Origin: Lama guanicoe
Taxonomy: Eukaryota
Reading direction: 5' to 3'
Length of the DNA stretch: 64,000 nucleotides
Assembly (NCBI GenBank): GCA_013239625.1
Contig: MU053557.1
Span: 5,901,842 to 5,965,841, forward strand
The notes under the pieces are model-generated. The model saw only the letters and a program-made list of their open reading frames with translations. It did no database searches and was not told the DNA's origin. Positions 41,770 through 55,900 of this stretch are shown here, piece by piece. Within the stretch, counting starts at the first letter, position 1. Each line of letters starts with the position of its first letter. Both the position numbers and the translations under genes were made by a program.

Positions 41770-43130
41770 TTAAACTTGATTAAGATGTAGTTCACATATC
41801 ATACAATTCATTCATTCAAAGTATGCAGTTGGGGGGTAGGGTACATCTCAGTGGTAGAGCACATGCTTAGCATGCACGATGACCTGGGTTCAATCCCCAG
41901 TACCTCCATTAAAAAAAATAAACAAACTTAATTATACCTCCCTCCAAAATAAAGTATGCAAAACATCAATCCATTGGCTTTAATACGTTCAGAGTTGTGC
42001 AACTATCATAACAACCCATTTTAGAAGATATTCAATACCCCAGAAAGAAACCTCACACTCTTAGATGTTGCCCCCAAATCCCCTTACTACCCCCAGCTCT
42101 AGGAAACCATTATTCCTTCCATCTATATTGATTTGCCTGTTTTGGGGTATTTCATATAAATGGAATAATATAAAATGTGGTCCTTTGTGGCTGGCTTCTT
42201 CCATTTAGTATAAGGTTTTCAAGGTTCAGTTTGAAGTCTGCATCAGTATTTCATTTTTTATTGCTGCGTAATATCCCATTGTACAGTCATGAAGATTTAC
42301 TCCTATGGTTTCCCCTCAGAGTTTTATGGTTTTAACTCTTTCATTTATATGTTTGACCCACTTTGAGTTAATTTTTGTATATGGCGTGAGGAAGGAATCC
42401 AGCTTTATTCTTTTGCACTTGGCTATCCAGTTGTTCCAGCACCGTTTGTTGAAGAGACTGTTCTTTCTCCACTTAATTGTTTTGGCACTTGTAATCAATT
42501 GACCGTAAATGTGAAAGTTTATTTCCAGACTCTCAATTCTACTCCATTGATCTATATGCCTATCATTATTCCAGTATTCTACACTATTTTGATTACTGTA
42601 GCTTTCTAAGTTTTGAAATTGGAAAATGAGAATAATCCAACTGTGTTCTTCTTTTTTTAAGATTGTTTTGGCTACTTGGGGTCCCTTGCATTTTCATATG
42701 AGTTTAATTTATAAGCTTGTCCATTTAGCAAAAAAGACAGTTGGGGTTTTGATAGAAGTTGCATCAGATCTGTGTCCCTTGAGATGATCATGTTATTTTT
42801 CTCCTTTACTCTTTTGGTGTGGTGTATTGCATTGGTTTTTCGGATAATAAACAACCTTCCATTCTTGGGATAAGTCCACTTGGCCATGGTGGGGTTTTTT
42901 TGTGTGTGTGACTTTGTTGCAAGGGGCGTGTATGTTTATAATTTCCTGATGGATTCAACCCATTATAAAATGTGCTTCCTTTAATATAGTTGGATTTACA
43001 CTTGCCATTTCATTTTTTGTTTTTTTATATCTCAGATGTATTGTTTCTTCTTTTATTCCTCCTTTACTGTTTTCTTTTGTATCAAGTAATATTTCCAGTG
43101 TTAATATTTCAATTATTTAATGATTGATAT
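41770..43130 (-). mobile_element. Old LINE-1 fragments (3' end plus ORF2 pieces)
   Basis: ORF 42316..42498(-) SLFNKRCWNNWIAKCKRIKLDSFLTPYTKINSKW is L1 ORF2. Confidence 0.8.
41831..41950 (+). mobile_element. Vic-1-like SINE inserted in an L1 3' end
   Basis: TSD AAAGTATGCA at 41818-41827 and 41951-41960. Confidence 0.85.
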
Positions 43131-43149
43131 TTCTAAATTGCTCTTCTTT

Positions 43150-45290
43150 GCTCATTTCTTCCAGTACAAGAAAACCAAAGCTAAGAAATTAACCTCTGTC
43201 AGACTTTACCTGCAGTCCTCAAAAGTAAGTGACTCCATCTTCTTTTCTCCAGGTCCCCAACATTTGCTAAGGTTGCTGACCTGCCAGCAAGTGAAGTTCC
43301 CTACTGTCTTCCTTACTACCTTCCTACAATCCAGGGGGACTTCCTAGCCTTGCTTCCACAAGGAACTATAACTTTTGTTCCTTAATGGCCACATGATCAT
43401 ATTTTCTCAAATATAAAACTCTTTGGATGGCTTTGTTTGTATAATAGATTTGTCCAATTGCATTCTTATACCAATTAAGGGCAGATTCTTTGAATCTTGG
43501 CTATTATTATTGGCAATTATTCTTTACAAATAATTACATTACCAGGGACTCAGTAAAAGTACTCACTCTTGAATTTGGAGGGATCATTGGGAACAAAATA
43601 TCAATAAAAAATACTTCCTTTTAGCTGGTATAAGCATAGCTTGCTAAACTGAGGGTTAGAGAGAGAGAGAGAGAGAAGGAAGCAAAAAAGCAGAAGAGGA
43701 AAAAAGGACATCCTCGTAGGCGCATCAAGTACTAAACATTAAAAATAGTCCAACAACAATATTCTAAAACGAATAACCACAATTATGTTCCCCTCATCAA
43801 CTTACTAGGCTCATGTGATTTATTCTTGACTCATAAATCTTGGATCAGCAGTGCACTTCCATGAAGTTGTTTGTTTCTAGACTAAGAAGAGTCCTAGCAA
43901 TGCTGACTCAACCCTAGGGTTCAGCCTGTAGATACCTACTTGTGGATGCAAGGTCAGCTTATGCTGAGAAGCCTGGCCCTGTACGTCTATTCCAGTTAAG
44001 AGTGCCTGGTGCAATCTTTCCCACCAAGTCACTGGGACTGTCCTTTGTTGCGACTTTAGTGTATAGCAGAAGATAATCAGGTAAGCATGCAAGGAAAGCA
44101 AAAACAACTTGATAAGACTGAAGGCTCCATTAACTTATTAGAGGAGACAACTACATCAGAATAGAGGAGGGTAAAATCCTATTGGGTTGTGGATTTTGTC
44201 AGTGTTTTCTCAAGAGTAAGAATATATCATGGACATGCGGGTACTGACAAATCTGCTTTAAAAAACGAACACAGGGAGGACAGAACTTAATTTTTTGATT
44301 AGAGAGCTTGTCCCATTTTGTGGGCTTAATATATAATGCATATCCTCCAATAATATTAAGCCAATTAAGAAATATTAAACATATGTAATTAATTCTCCTA
44401 TCCCTCCTGATTGCAAATGACACATCATGGGTTATGAGGTAAGAGACCAAGCCTTTGGTATCGTAGGCATCTAGGAAGCAACAAAGGTGATTTGACATGT
44501 AAAAACAAATTAACAGTTACATTTGTATAAACTACAGAACAGATCTTGGGAAGGTAGTATTAAAAAGAATTTTCAAAAATCATCACTAGCTTAAGACAGA
44601 AGCATAGATGTCTGGGAACAATGAATGCTTGTGGCTTGGCTACCTATTAACCAGAGTGACAATACACTGAACTAAATAAACGTAACTGTAGATATAATTA
44701 TAAGGAACTTCAGCTACTTAAGAAATGAGGAACTTTTGCTGTTGTTTTGTTTTGTTTTGAAATAATCAAGGACATATCAAAGCCAGCAGAAAGCACAGAC
44801 AGTTTTTCTGGGCAGGTATATAATATCTGCTAATTGGGCAGACTACACAGAAATTAAAAAGAACTGTCATTATCTTTTGTTAAGAACAAACTGAATATTC
44901 CAAGACTGGTTTGTCATTTCAACCAGAAAACAAAATCAAATTCTACTCTTGCATTAATGTAATGATTGGCAGCAAAGACTTTTTAAAAAAGTCTTATAAG
45001 TCCATTAAAGCAGAGCCAACTTTGTAAAAAATTTTAACATATTTCATTGCTTTTTAGACTCATTATTTGTAGGTATCATAAACCAAAGAAAATAAAGTTT
45101 TCTTTTCCTCAAACGTCTACAACTTACTCATTCAAATTTTGTCTCTTATTTATCATTCACATTCTGACACAGTCATTTATTTTATTTCAAGATAAAACTG
45201 CTCATTCTTTTTACCTTGAAAAACAAAACCACACTCATAATCTTACATGCATATTTATATTTCTTTGCTACTTCAAATCTTAATATAGTC
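43150..45290 (-). mobile_element. Probable non-coding ERV1 (MER4-group-like) internal remnant
   Basis: AT-rich non-L1 sequence resembling MER4-group internal regions; no intact gag/pol/env ORF. Confidence 0.45.
43658..43676. repeat. (AG)n microsatellite
   Basis: agagagagagagagagaga. Confidence 0.85.
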
Positions 45291-45934
45291 TCAATGGCCC
45301 ATACGAATTTAAAATATTTTAATATGTTGGGTACACAGATATTAAAAAAGATTTTTTTAAGTAAATGACAATAGATAAAACTGATTATACAATGCTTCTT
45401 ATCATTAATTTATGACATTATAAAATTTAACTTGATAACCTCTTTCTAAACTTCAGTCCTTAGTGCTCCATTTTCAAGAGTATAAAAAGTGACTATTTTG
45501 TAGAGATTTTGCAAGTAATTCCAGTTACTTTTATTTTCATTTTTTAAAAAATCCAATTATTTTTGGATGAGCAAAGCATACAACAGATCCATAGTTAAAT
45601 TTTTTTTGTTTGCTTTGTTTTAATAAATATTTTTAAGTTTAGTTAAATTTGGAATGAGTTCTTTTTCCATTAATTTTATCTTTTTGTAATGTGCTACAAG
45701 TTTGATGCTTAATTTTTATAATCTAGTAAATTGTTTATATTTTAGCTCTCTAAAAAACCACCTTTTTTAAAGTTTATACATTTATTTGAAGAGAATTGAC
45801 ATTGTCATAATTAGGTTTTTCTTCTGGAAAAATGAAAGGTGCATACTTTTGTTTATATCTTATTTTGCGTATCCCCAAAATATTTTTCTAGTTTTTATCA
45901 TATTGAATAAAAATGGGATCCTACCCATTTCTCT

Positions 45935-46125
45935 TTTTTCTCCCCAGCTTTATTGAGATGTAATCGGCACTTAACATTGTATAAGTTTAAGATGTATAAC
46001 ATGTTGATCTGATGCATTTCTGAATTGCAAAATGATTACCACCATCGTGTTAGCTACCACCTCTATCTCATCATATAGTTACCATTTCTTTTTTTGTGCT
46101 CAGAACATTAAGATCTACTTTCTTA
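45935..46125 (-). mobile_element. LINE-1 3' terminal fragment
   Basis: CCCAGCTTTATTGAGATGTAAT...AGAACATTAAGATCTACT. Confidence 0.7.
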
Positions 46126-46460
46126 GAATACAAATTACAACTTTTAACCAGTGTAACTATCTTCTATTTCTTTATGGAGATAACAGTAGGCAAGGAACTA
46201 AGTATGATTGGAAGTATATAAACATTTAGCCACCACCAAAGCAAACATTAAAAAACTTCCTATGGCCACACACATCCCTTTTACATCTCTACAGTAGCAA
46301 AATTGAACATATATATTAATATACCCCAAAGGCTTATTTACTCTCAAATATCTAAAAATAAGTGTGTCTGTGTGTACATACCATGCTTGGTGACCAATAT
46401 TTTTGTATTCAGTCTTCCTTAGAAATTATCCAGGCATCTAAAGATTATTCACCAGTTTAC

Positions 46461-46606
46461 CTTTAATGAAAAAGAATATGAAAATGAATATATGTATATA
46501 TATTATGGATATATATATATGCATGTCTGGGACATTATGCTGTATACTAGAAATTGACACATTGTAATTGACTATACTTCAATAAAAATAAAATTAAATT
46601 TAAAAA
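46461..46606 (+). mobile_element. Very short 5'-truncated LINE-1 3' end
   Basis: AGAAATTGACACATTGTAATTGACTATACTTCAATAAAA; 22-bp TSD TAAAGATTATTCACCA(G/A)TTTAC at 46439-46460 and 46607-46628. Confidence 0.85.
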
Positions 46607-47949
46607 TAAAGATTATTCACCAATTTACTTGATCTAATATCAAAATTCTTAGTTAAAGACCTTGGAAATTATGTTTAAGCTGATATATTACAGAGTAACA
46701 TAATCACTGATAATATACACGATTTAGGAAATTCAGATTAACTACAATCTCCATGATAAAACCTTTGCCATCGTGCTATCTCAGCGTCTTGTGTAGTTCT
46801 TCATGGTTTCACAAATTGATATCATCTTGTTTTTTTGTTTACTTACCTATTGTGAACATTTTACTGCTAGATGTAAACAAGTAAGAAAGAGAATTTGTCT
46901 TCCTTTGATGCCCAGAATATGTAGAAGACTTTTAATGAATAGTTTTAAATAAAGAAATAAATGAATGAAATCTATACTCAATAACTGTATTGGACAGGAG
47001 GAATAGGTCTCATCTGACTATTTTACAACTTAGGAGATTGAGGCATTAATGGTCATTTAGCTACTGAGTAACAGACTCAGAATTCTGGTTTCCTGATTTC
47101 CGATCCAATATACCTCATTGTTTCCTACAACTAAATAAATGTACATGTGCAAGTGGAAAATATATGAAAGAAAATATATTGATGAAGAAAATTCTTGCAC
47201 AGATGTGATTCACAGAGAGTGTATCTGAGATGGATTGCATCCTAGTGGAGGCGCCTTTAGGCAGTGTTTTGATAGAAGCCTGTGTCATTAAACTACAGCT
47301 TCTTTTATTCAAATTTCCCCCACTATGGGGGGGGGTTCTCCTAGTAAATATTGCTTATTTCTTTGAGCTCCTGATGGTTTTCCTTTTGGAGTACTTTTAA
47401 TGGAGGATCAAGAAAGTGAAATGTCAGTTGTTTCCTGATATTTGCTGTAACACAAGCTTGTTGCTGAAATTGGCTGTTTCCCCCCTCCTACTACCTCTCC
47501 TACTATCCATTACTCTTCCCTTCCAAGGCTCTCTTGGCAAAATCAGCCCAGTGGAGGCACCAGACCTAATGCAGTACATGTCCCATAGGGCATCCACATT
47601 TTCTTTTCTGGCTTGCATTTTGGGCATCAGGGCAAATCATTACTAAAGAGAGACTGGGACACTGCCAAATGGGAAAGGCAGACTAAGCTTCACTGATAGT
47701 GTCTCCATCGTGGGCTTCTGCATTCTCCCAGAAGGAAGCCCGTTTGTACAGGGCACATGGAGTTACCAGTTGTCCACCCAAAGGCACCTCCTGCCCCTTT
47801 CCACTAACTAGGAAATATTTTGTATTAAATTGAGATTGTCTTCCTTTAACTTTTTTCCCCCATCAAGAGTTTTGTATGAAACTATTCAGAATTATGTGGT
47901 ACTTGTTTTTAGTATCCCACACTTCTTTTTTCATTAAAACATGTTGTTT

Positions 47950-48092
47950 GAGGGAAGGGTAATAGCTCAGTGGTGGTGCATGCGCTTAGCATGCCAGAGG
48001 TCCTGGGTTCAGTCCCCAGTACCTCCATTAAAAAAATTTAAAAATGAAAAAAAAAAGTTAAAAATGTAAATGTTAAAAACAAACAAACAAAC
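47950..48092 (+). mobile_element. Vic-1-like SINE (head plus A-rich/(AAAC)n tail)
   Basis: TSD AAACATGTT at 47937-47945 and 48093-48101. Confidence 0.85.
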
Positions 48093-48979
48093 AAACATGT
48101 TATTGGGTGAGGATTCCTAGAACTCTCTTGTCAAATCACTTCTCATGTCAATCCCCTTCCTCCCCATGTTTTCTCTCTTTAAAACTGGCATCTGGTAGTG
48201 ATGATGTAGAAGTCATTTCTGCTGAGCTCACCCTGATTCAGAGAAAACAGGGAGGGTTAATTAAGTTCCGGTCCTTCACCATATGAAATTTAGGCCTGAG
48301 TAAGGCAAGTATGGTTCTCACTGGGCAAAGGAAGAAACTGAAACTCAGCTGGGCTCCAAGACTCCGCATGTTCACACTGATGCTCAAGGCCTGAGCTCCT
48401 GTTCTTTAGAACAGCAAGAAGGAAGAACGCTGGACGCCTGAATTAGATACTGTAAGTGCGCAGATGGGACCGCGAGTCTCCCTCTATGGGCAGGAGACTG
48501 CAGAGTTGGTTGGCACTGTCCTGTGTGAGCTGGGCCGGGAGTTAGTAGGGCCTGGAGGCCTCTCAGACGCTGAGCTCTAATGGACCTTAGGCCATTTCAC
48601 TGTCATCACACACAAAAAACAGGAGGCTCAGAGCCATGCTACAGCTGACAACCAACCAACTTCGCACTGGCCCTCCAACTCAGTCCTCACAACAGGACTG
48701 GGAAACAGGTGTTACTGTCCTTGCTTTACAGAGGATGCAACGGTCAGTGAGGCAAGTCTCTTGTCAAGGATCCTACTCTCAGTACATTGCGAACAGGAGC
48801 TTTGAGTCCTGCTCCTCTATTCAAACCTCCTTCCAAACCAAACTGCATCCAAGCTAAAGGGCTAGACTCTCCCATGTGTGGGACCACAGCTGGAACGGCT
48901 CATGGAGGCCACATTTTACGTCAACTCTCTCAGTTTACAATACAAAAGAGTGGAGCCCCTCGACAGAAGTGATTGCTAG

Positions 48980-49720
48980 GGTTACTCGGGGAGAGCGTGA
49001 CAAGCTGCACTCTCGGGGAAACCCGAGACTCAGTTTCTTCTTTCCCGGGCAGGCCGTAGCCACCCGAGCCCGGCTCCTGCGCGCTCCCGCCTGCCCGGCT
49101 CGGAGGAGCCACGGCACGCTCGCGGCCGAGATCCCAGGGCTGGAGGGGGCACCCCGCTGCCGGATCTCCAGAGAAGCGCTCCAGCCGCCTCTGCCCCAGG
49201 AACTTTTCTTAGACCCGGAGAGATCCAGCTGCGGTGGGGGCCCTGGGTTTTCAAAGCTGCTGTGTGGATTCGGGGTGAGTGGGTTATCCGGTGTCGTGCG
49301 TGGGATTCCGGCTGCTCTGGTGCTGCCTCTCCCCCAGTGTCCTCGCAACTGCTCGCTCTTTATCTCCGCTTCTTCCTCATTTCTCTCTCTTCATCAGTTT
49401 TGCATTTCTCTTTTCTCCTGCTGTCCGCCCCTAAGTCCGGTGCTCCGGGAGGCCGGGGCTTGGATGGGTGGGCTCCAGCCCCACGGGAGGCGGGCTGCTC
49501 TCCCGTCTCCCTGCCCCCGCCGTCTCGGGAAGCGCGCCCCCTGCGCGCCCCCTCCTCGGGCAGGTTCTGCTGCCGCTTTGCTCTCCGGACGCGGCGTCAG
49601 GGCTCAGTTCCCCGGCCTGAGCACCCGCCGTGGGCGCTGCGCTGGCAGTTTGGGTCTTTGCACTACTCAGAGCGGCCAGTTGTTTGTCCTACTTTTCTCA
49701 AAGCCCCGCGTGGAAGGCAC
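48980..49720. promoter_or_regulatory. CpG island, probable promoter of the next gene (SMIM3 by synteny)
   Basis: Very high GC and CpG density against an AT-rich repeat background; SMIM3 lies head-to-head upstream of DCTN4 in mammals. Confidence 0.75.
49050..49274 (+). other. SMIM3: Probable non-coding exon 1 of SMIM3 (start approximate)
   Basis: Consensus donor GGG|GTGAGT at 49274/49275 inside the CpG island; gene identity inferred from synteny only; coding exon not seen in window. Confidence 0.55.
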
Positions 49721-52394
49721 CAGGAATTTGGATTCAGGAGTGGTGGATTCCAGCCCTGGTCGGTCTCTAGCAGTTTATCCATCTGTGAAACGGAGAAAAT
49801 ATTCTTTGCACACAAATCAGATGAGAAAGGGAATGTGCATCGTATCTTGGAGAGAACCCCTCCTTCCAAGCTCCCTCCTGCTTCATTATTGAGGACTCGG
49901 TTGGTCGTTTCAATTGCCAGTTGCCTTGCACCCCTGACCCCGCTCCACCAGTTCCTTAAGGGCACAGGCTGTTTCCCATCCTCAGCGCTTGGCCAGGGCC
50001 TGGTGAACAGGCGCCCAATACTGCTTACTGAGCCAAAGAGTGAGAGGTGTAAACCGTTAACAACCTGTACAGCTGTCAAGGTTGTTACCTGGACTGAGTG
50101 GCCAGGCTGGGCTCTCCTTACTCATGCCGCCCCATCTATATCTTCCTGATAGTTCTAGTCGTTGGCCCCTGAGGGTTCTTGAGTCCCATTTGTCTAGAGA
50201 TTCCTCAAAGCCTTAGGCTGTAGTGGTGATTGCTGCTCAGTCATTCAAGTAGTGAAGATTCCCTGAACATTTGCTATGATGTGTAGTCTCACTGCAGTGG
50301 GTAAATAGTTCAGAAGGACTGTGAACACTTGAATGGGGTTCGCGGTGAGGGGTTGGGGTGGGAGCAGCTCCCTGGGAGTCAGGAGACACTCTGAGTTACC
50401 TTGAGGGATTTCCCTATCTGGACCTCGCCTTTCCCATCTGTAAAATGAGGAAGTGGAGGTGGAACAGATAGGTATCTGCGGTTGACTATATGCTCTTTGG
50501 GTTATTCAGGCCACTCAGCAATCCTCTGAGCATGTACGAGACAGCCAGCTGAGCCTTAGGACGTCATGGACTTCTGTAGTTACAACCAGAAAAAAAAAAA
50601 AAAAGGCCAAAGAGACGCGCTTCTCTGCTCCAGCTGAGACCTCCTGTTTCGAGCTGTCTTGGGGTTATGAATCATGCCATGGAGGTTATAAGTCATGCCG
50701 CATCAGAACTTCCCAACACTGTCCTCTCAGAGCGTCAACACGGTCGGCTCCACTGCATAAAAGGCCTGGGGAGTCCCCTTCTCTGGCCCGGCTTGAGAAT
50801 CACTGAGCTGTGATGCGGTGTTTGAGACAGAAAACAAATCAGAGGTTGTAGGGGCCGAGTGTGGTTGGGTCACATACTGGGCCCAAGAGTGCCAGACCAA
50901 GGGGGCAAAAAGGTAGTCACAGCCTCAGATGCTTTCCAAGCCATATTCTGAGCCTTCTTTAAAAAAAAGAAAAAGTGCTTCTGTTTCTTTTCCATGGGTT
51001 AAAACAGACAAACATAGGAGATATTTCCCAGGAAAGAGGATCTTTATCTTGGTTGGTCTTACACTGCCACAGTTGGCAGTGGTATCAAAGATGAACACGT
51101 GTACTCACCCTCACAGTTTGTAAGAGTAAATGTTGGTATTGCCACACCCTGCTGACCCCTGCCCTGACTGGCCAGGTAAGCTGAATAATGTAATAATGAT
51201 TATACTTGACATTTATTGAGTGCTGACAATGAGTCAGGCATTGTTCTAAGCATTTTACATGTATTAACCCATTTAGTCTTGACCACAGTCCTATGACGTA
51301 GAGACCATCATTGCATCCATTTTACAGATGAGGAAACTGAGGTGCACAAATAGTAACTCACCCAGATCACCCAGGAAGTAAGTGGCAGGGTTGTAGTTTG
51401 ACCCCAGGCAGTTTGGCTCCAGGGCCTGTGAACCTCACTGGAATTGTGGGGCTCTGGGTTCAGGTCTTGCCCCTGTCATTCACTAACAGGGTGACCTGGA
51501 GGAGTTAAGTGCACATTTGGCAGCCACTGGACTAGTGAATCACTAGGGACCTTAACACCCTTCCAGCTCACTAAGGAAACAGACAGTGAACCTCAAGTGA
51601 GAATGGTGTATATCCAAGAGAAAGGCTAAGGGTTAGGTAGCCGGGAAGGGGAACAGGTCAGAATTGTATTTGTGTGGCATATAAACAGCAGCCAAAGAGA
51701 TTCAGTGACTAAATCGTGTACTTTAAACTGCTTAGTGGTGTATGGATACAGTGTCCTTATTTTGTTGGTTTGGACTCTGGGTGACTGACTGGGCATGTGA
51801 ATTGCTGGTGACCTACTACACCAGGCAGAAAGAAATGGAGGAGGGAGAAGGAAATAGAAGACTAAACTGGGTTCCCCAAATCAGTTTCAATTAATGATGA
51901 CACATAGCTGGCACACACGTCACTACTTCTAATTCCCTGCCTCAGGCAGACACAGATAATCAGGACTTTCAAGACACCTCCACAAGGCAAGGGAATCCTT
52001 CTTAACTCTGTCCTGGTACAGCCTCTGCTGAGGATTGTGAAGCATGTTTCTAGTCCTCCCAGAATTCCGGATTTGTTCCTCTGGGGTATGGTCTAGGACG
52101 TGAGGAGTTAAAAACAGGAGATCCTTCTTCTTGAGTACCTTCGGTGGCACCTTAGGAGACAGCTTGAGGCTTTTTAAAGATTAATCCTCTTTCCCTCATT
52201 CTTTTTCTGTGCTTTCTTTGGCTGTTTTCAACCCAACCCCACCTGACCTGGGGCAGGGCTCTAGGTGGGGTAGGATGTCAGGACAGCAGAGTCAGTCTTT
52301 GAGAGCTGGCTGGCCCCTCAGAGATCACTTTGTATCCTCTCCAGGTGACTGGAGACTGAAGCCCAGTTTGAAAGAGGGACTTACTCAGGATCAC

Positions 52395-52970
52395 ACCGTG
52401 CTTTTGTTTTCTAATGCTGTAACAAATTAGCACAAATTAATGGCTTTTAAAGTGATCAAAAAGCTAGTATGGATCCCCCTAGAATAAAATCAAGGCATCG
52501 TCAGTCTGCGTTCCTTTTTGGAGTGTTTAGGGGAGAATTGGTTCTCTGCAGAATTGTTGGCAGAATTTAGCTCCTGTGGTTGTAGGACCAAGGCCACTGC
52601 TTTCTTGCTGGCTGCAAGCTGAGGCCCAATCCCTGCTTCTCAGGCCACTTCATTTCTTGGCTCACTGCCCCCTTCCTCCATCTTCAAAGTAAGCAATAGT
52701 GAGTCAAGTCCTTCTTCTGTTTCTCTGACTCATCTGCCTTCCTTTTCACCTTTAAGGGTTCATGTGATTAGTCTGGGCTCACCTGGATAGTCCAGGATAA
52801 CCTCCCCATCTCAAAGCTCTGAACTTTAATCACATCTGCAAAGTCCCTTTGCTTCTGTTCTCTTGGCTCCGCCCTCGGAGTCATGCTTCCTTTTTCAGAT
52901 TCAAGGTTCTGAGGACTGGAAGGAATATGGACGTCTTTGAGGGGTCATCATTCCACGAGCCATCCACAGT
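52395..52970 (-). mobile_element. MLT1-type MaLR LTR
   Basis: GCTGTAACAAATTAGCACAAA...TTAATCACATCTGCAAAGTCCCTTT. Confidence 0.75.
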
Positions 52971-55900
52971 GAGGCCCACTTTAGGAAGGTGACTGGCTCT
53001 GGATCACACAGCCTGGCGGGTGATCGGCACCACTGTGGTACCCCTCCTCCTCCACCACCGTCCCCCAACAGCCCACCTCATGGAGAGTCTCCTTTGTCAG
53101 TCCAGCACGCAGCAGGCACTTAGTCACTGGCAACTAACAATGATGGATGGTAGAGGCTTAAACAGGATGCTGTGAATTTGGCCCGGGTTTCTCTGCTGGC
53201 TCCCTGTTGGTTTCTAAGACTCTGTGATTGGCTGGGTCAGATGGTACGTGCAGTCTTGAACAGCTCTGGCTGCTTTCTGATCTCTTTGAGATATCCTGGT
53301 GTTTTTCCATTTTTCCAGCCACAGACGAGCAGATAGAAACTCATGCAGGGACCAAGTCTTTGCACTGTTAAGAATTTTGGAGGAGATAGAAGCCAGTTGG
53401 GATAAAATGAGAACAGAGTGCTCCTCAGGGACCTCCAGTCACTGGAAAAACTCCTCTGGCTTGATTTATTTCACATTTTTGATCAGTGCGCTGAGCATTC
53501 CTTCCTCTGGCCCCTCAATTTGGAACAAAGGTCCCCAGTGAAATGGACTCCTTGCTGAGGTGGTAAATGCTTGAGGCTAGCTAATACATAATACTGTTTC
53601 CAAGAGTAAATGTGAGGCTGGGATGGCCTTCTCATACTGATCTTGATATGCGGGACCCCTCCTCCCCTTTCATCAGCCTCTCTGTCTTCTTCTGAGAACA
53701 GAGGGAGAAAGGCCCACACTCTGGGCAGCAACTCCCCCATCCAAACACCCCTCAATGCCAGCCCCTGAGCCCAGGGAATCAAAACTTGAATTTGACTCAC
53801 CAGCCCAAGCAAGTCAGCAGGTGGGAAGCCGAGAGGATGTAATTCTGAAAGGCCAGTGCTCCTCTGCCTGGTATTTACAGAATGGGCGGGGAAAGAAAGA
53901 GGGCCCCTGATCCCTCCCGAATGTACAGAGATCACATCAGAGGATGCCATTTTAATCTAGAGATAACGTTCTGACTTTTCAGTCATTGAACTTCTTGCAG
54001 GGGTGGGGATCCTTTCTGGACCTCCCCCACCAACTGAGTTCCAGGAGTCAAGCTCAAATCTAAAGTTCTCTGGTCTGTCCCTGTTCATTTCTTTGTCAAT
54101 CCTACATTCACTGGGCCCTGTGACTGTGTGCGGGGGCCTGTGATGGGTGCGAGGGCACAGCAGACAAGAGACAATGCTTCTGCTCTCCTTGTGCTTGCAT
54201 TTGAGTGGGCAAAGATGGCCAGTAAAAACAGGCAAACAGTCTATTTTTAGACTGTGAAAAGAGTATGAAGAAAATGAAACAAAGTAAGAGACAGAATGGC
54301 TGGTGGATGAGGGTGGTAATTTAATGGAGTGGTCTGGAAAGGCTTTTCCAAAGAAGTAACATTTAAGTTGAGATCACGGCCATTGAGACATTGAACATCG
54401 AAGGGAAGATCTGAGGGGAAGAGCATTCTAAAAAGAGGGAGCAGCAAGCACCAAGGTCTCGAAGTGGGAGCAGCCCTTGGGACACAGGTCATCAGAGACC
54501 CCAGGCTGCTAGGTGGCCAGTGGGCCCCTTCTCGGTACTTGAGTTGCCCTCTCTGTCTGGCCTTCATTCTCCATGTTTCCTGACAATTTCACCGGCTCTT
54601 CCTGAGGGTAGAGCCTTAGGAAGAGGTGCGATGCTGGTAAACCCTCTAGTCTACTGCCCTGTGAACCATTACCTCATTGTTCACATTCTGCAAGATGCTT
54701 CAAGAGACACCTCCAGCATCAGTGGCCCAGAGCTGGTCCTAGCTGCCTCCTCTGGCCGCCGAGTCTAGTGGAAAGGAAACACTAGCAGACTATCTGCCCA
54801 GAGCTCTGGCAGCGCTGGACTAAAGCCACACCTGCAGGAAGCCACCTGCCTATCTGCCTTTTCCTCCACTTTGGCGTAGTTAAGCTGGCCGGCCAGCAGG
54901 AAGTCATTTCTTTTATTGCCTTCCTCCTCTGAGAACTCCTTGGTGGTGAGACCGGTTGGATAACCATTGGCAGTCTCTCAAAAGTTAACTGTTAGCTGCA
55001 GTTCAGATGTGGAGAGTGTGCGTTTCCGGTGGAGGGTCAAAGCTGGGATAGACCATCGAAGGCTGTTTGTTTATGAAACTATCGCTGTGGTTTCCTAGAT
55101 CGGATGCAGAGCCGCCGTGGTGCCCAGACTAATGGTGGGGTGGAACTTTGTGTGAGTTTAGGAGCCATGCTGTGTTCACTAGCTCCATTTAACATTTATG
55201 AAGCCCTTACTCTGTACCAGGCATTGTCCTGAGTAACTGTCTTATGGGCATCAGCTCATTCAACTTCCATGGCATCCCTGTAAAGAAGTTACTATTATTA
55301 GTGATTATTATTCCATTTTACAAATGAAACTTGAGCTTAAAAAGGTTAAGCTTCTTGCCAAAGCCACCAGGACTACGGCTGCTCCCAGTACACCATGCAT
55401 CTCATCATCTCTGTTTATTCTACTCCTGTTTATTGAACTCCTACTTATCTTCAAAGCCCATATCAAAGGCCCCCCTTTGGGGGTAAAGTCTTCTATTTTA
55501 CTTAGACGAAAACAAAGGCATGAGGATTAGCCTTTTTTGAGCATCTATTATTTTCCACACTCCCTACGTACTATCTCATTTTCTCCTCACAACTGGATGT
55601 TGCAATGTAGTGTTTTTAGTGTCCCTATTTTAAAGATGAGAAGACTGAGGTTGAGAGATTTTAAATAACTTGTCCAAAGTCACATTTCTAATAAGGGTGG
55701 AAAGCAGGATTCAGATCAAATACTCTTTCTTCTTTCCTCTTTGGAGACAGCATGTGGTTTTTGCCTTCAGTCCACTTCTCTGCCTCGTATTGCAATTTGC
55801 AACTGTGACTAATGTCTTTTCCTCCAGAAGAGGGTGAGCTTCTTAAAGGCAAACACTGAATTTATTTATCTCTATCTCCACACCCCCTCCTCAATCCCCA

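Noticed and set aside
48876..50149. Long ORFs of 338, 295, 137 and 138 aa over the CpG island
   Set aside because: They overlap on both strands, have Pro/Arg/Gly/Ser/Leu-biased composition and no recognisable protein; stop-codon depletion is expected in GC-rich DNA
53483..53950. 155-aa minus-strand ORF
   Set aside because: No recognisable homology and no splice or promoter context; probably a chance ORF in intronic DNA
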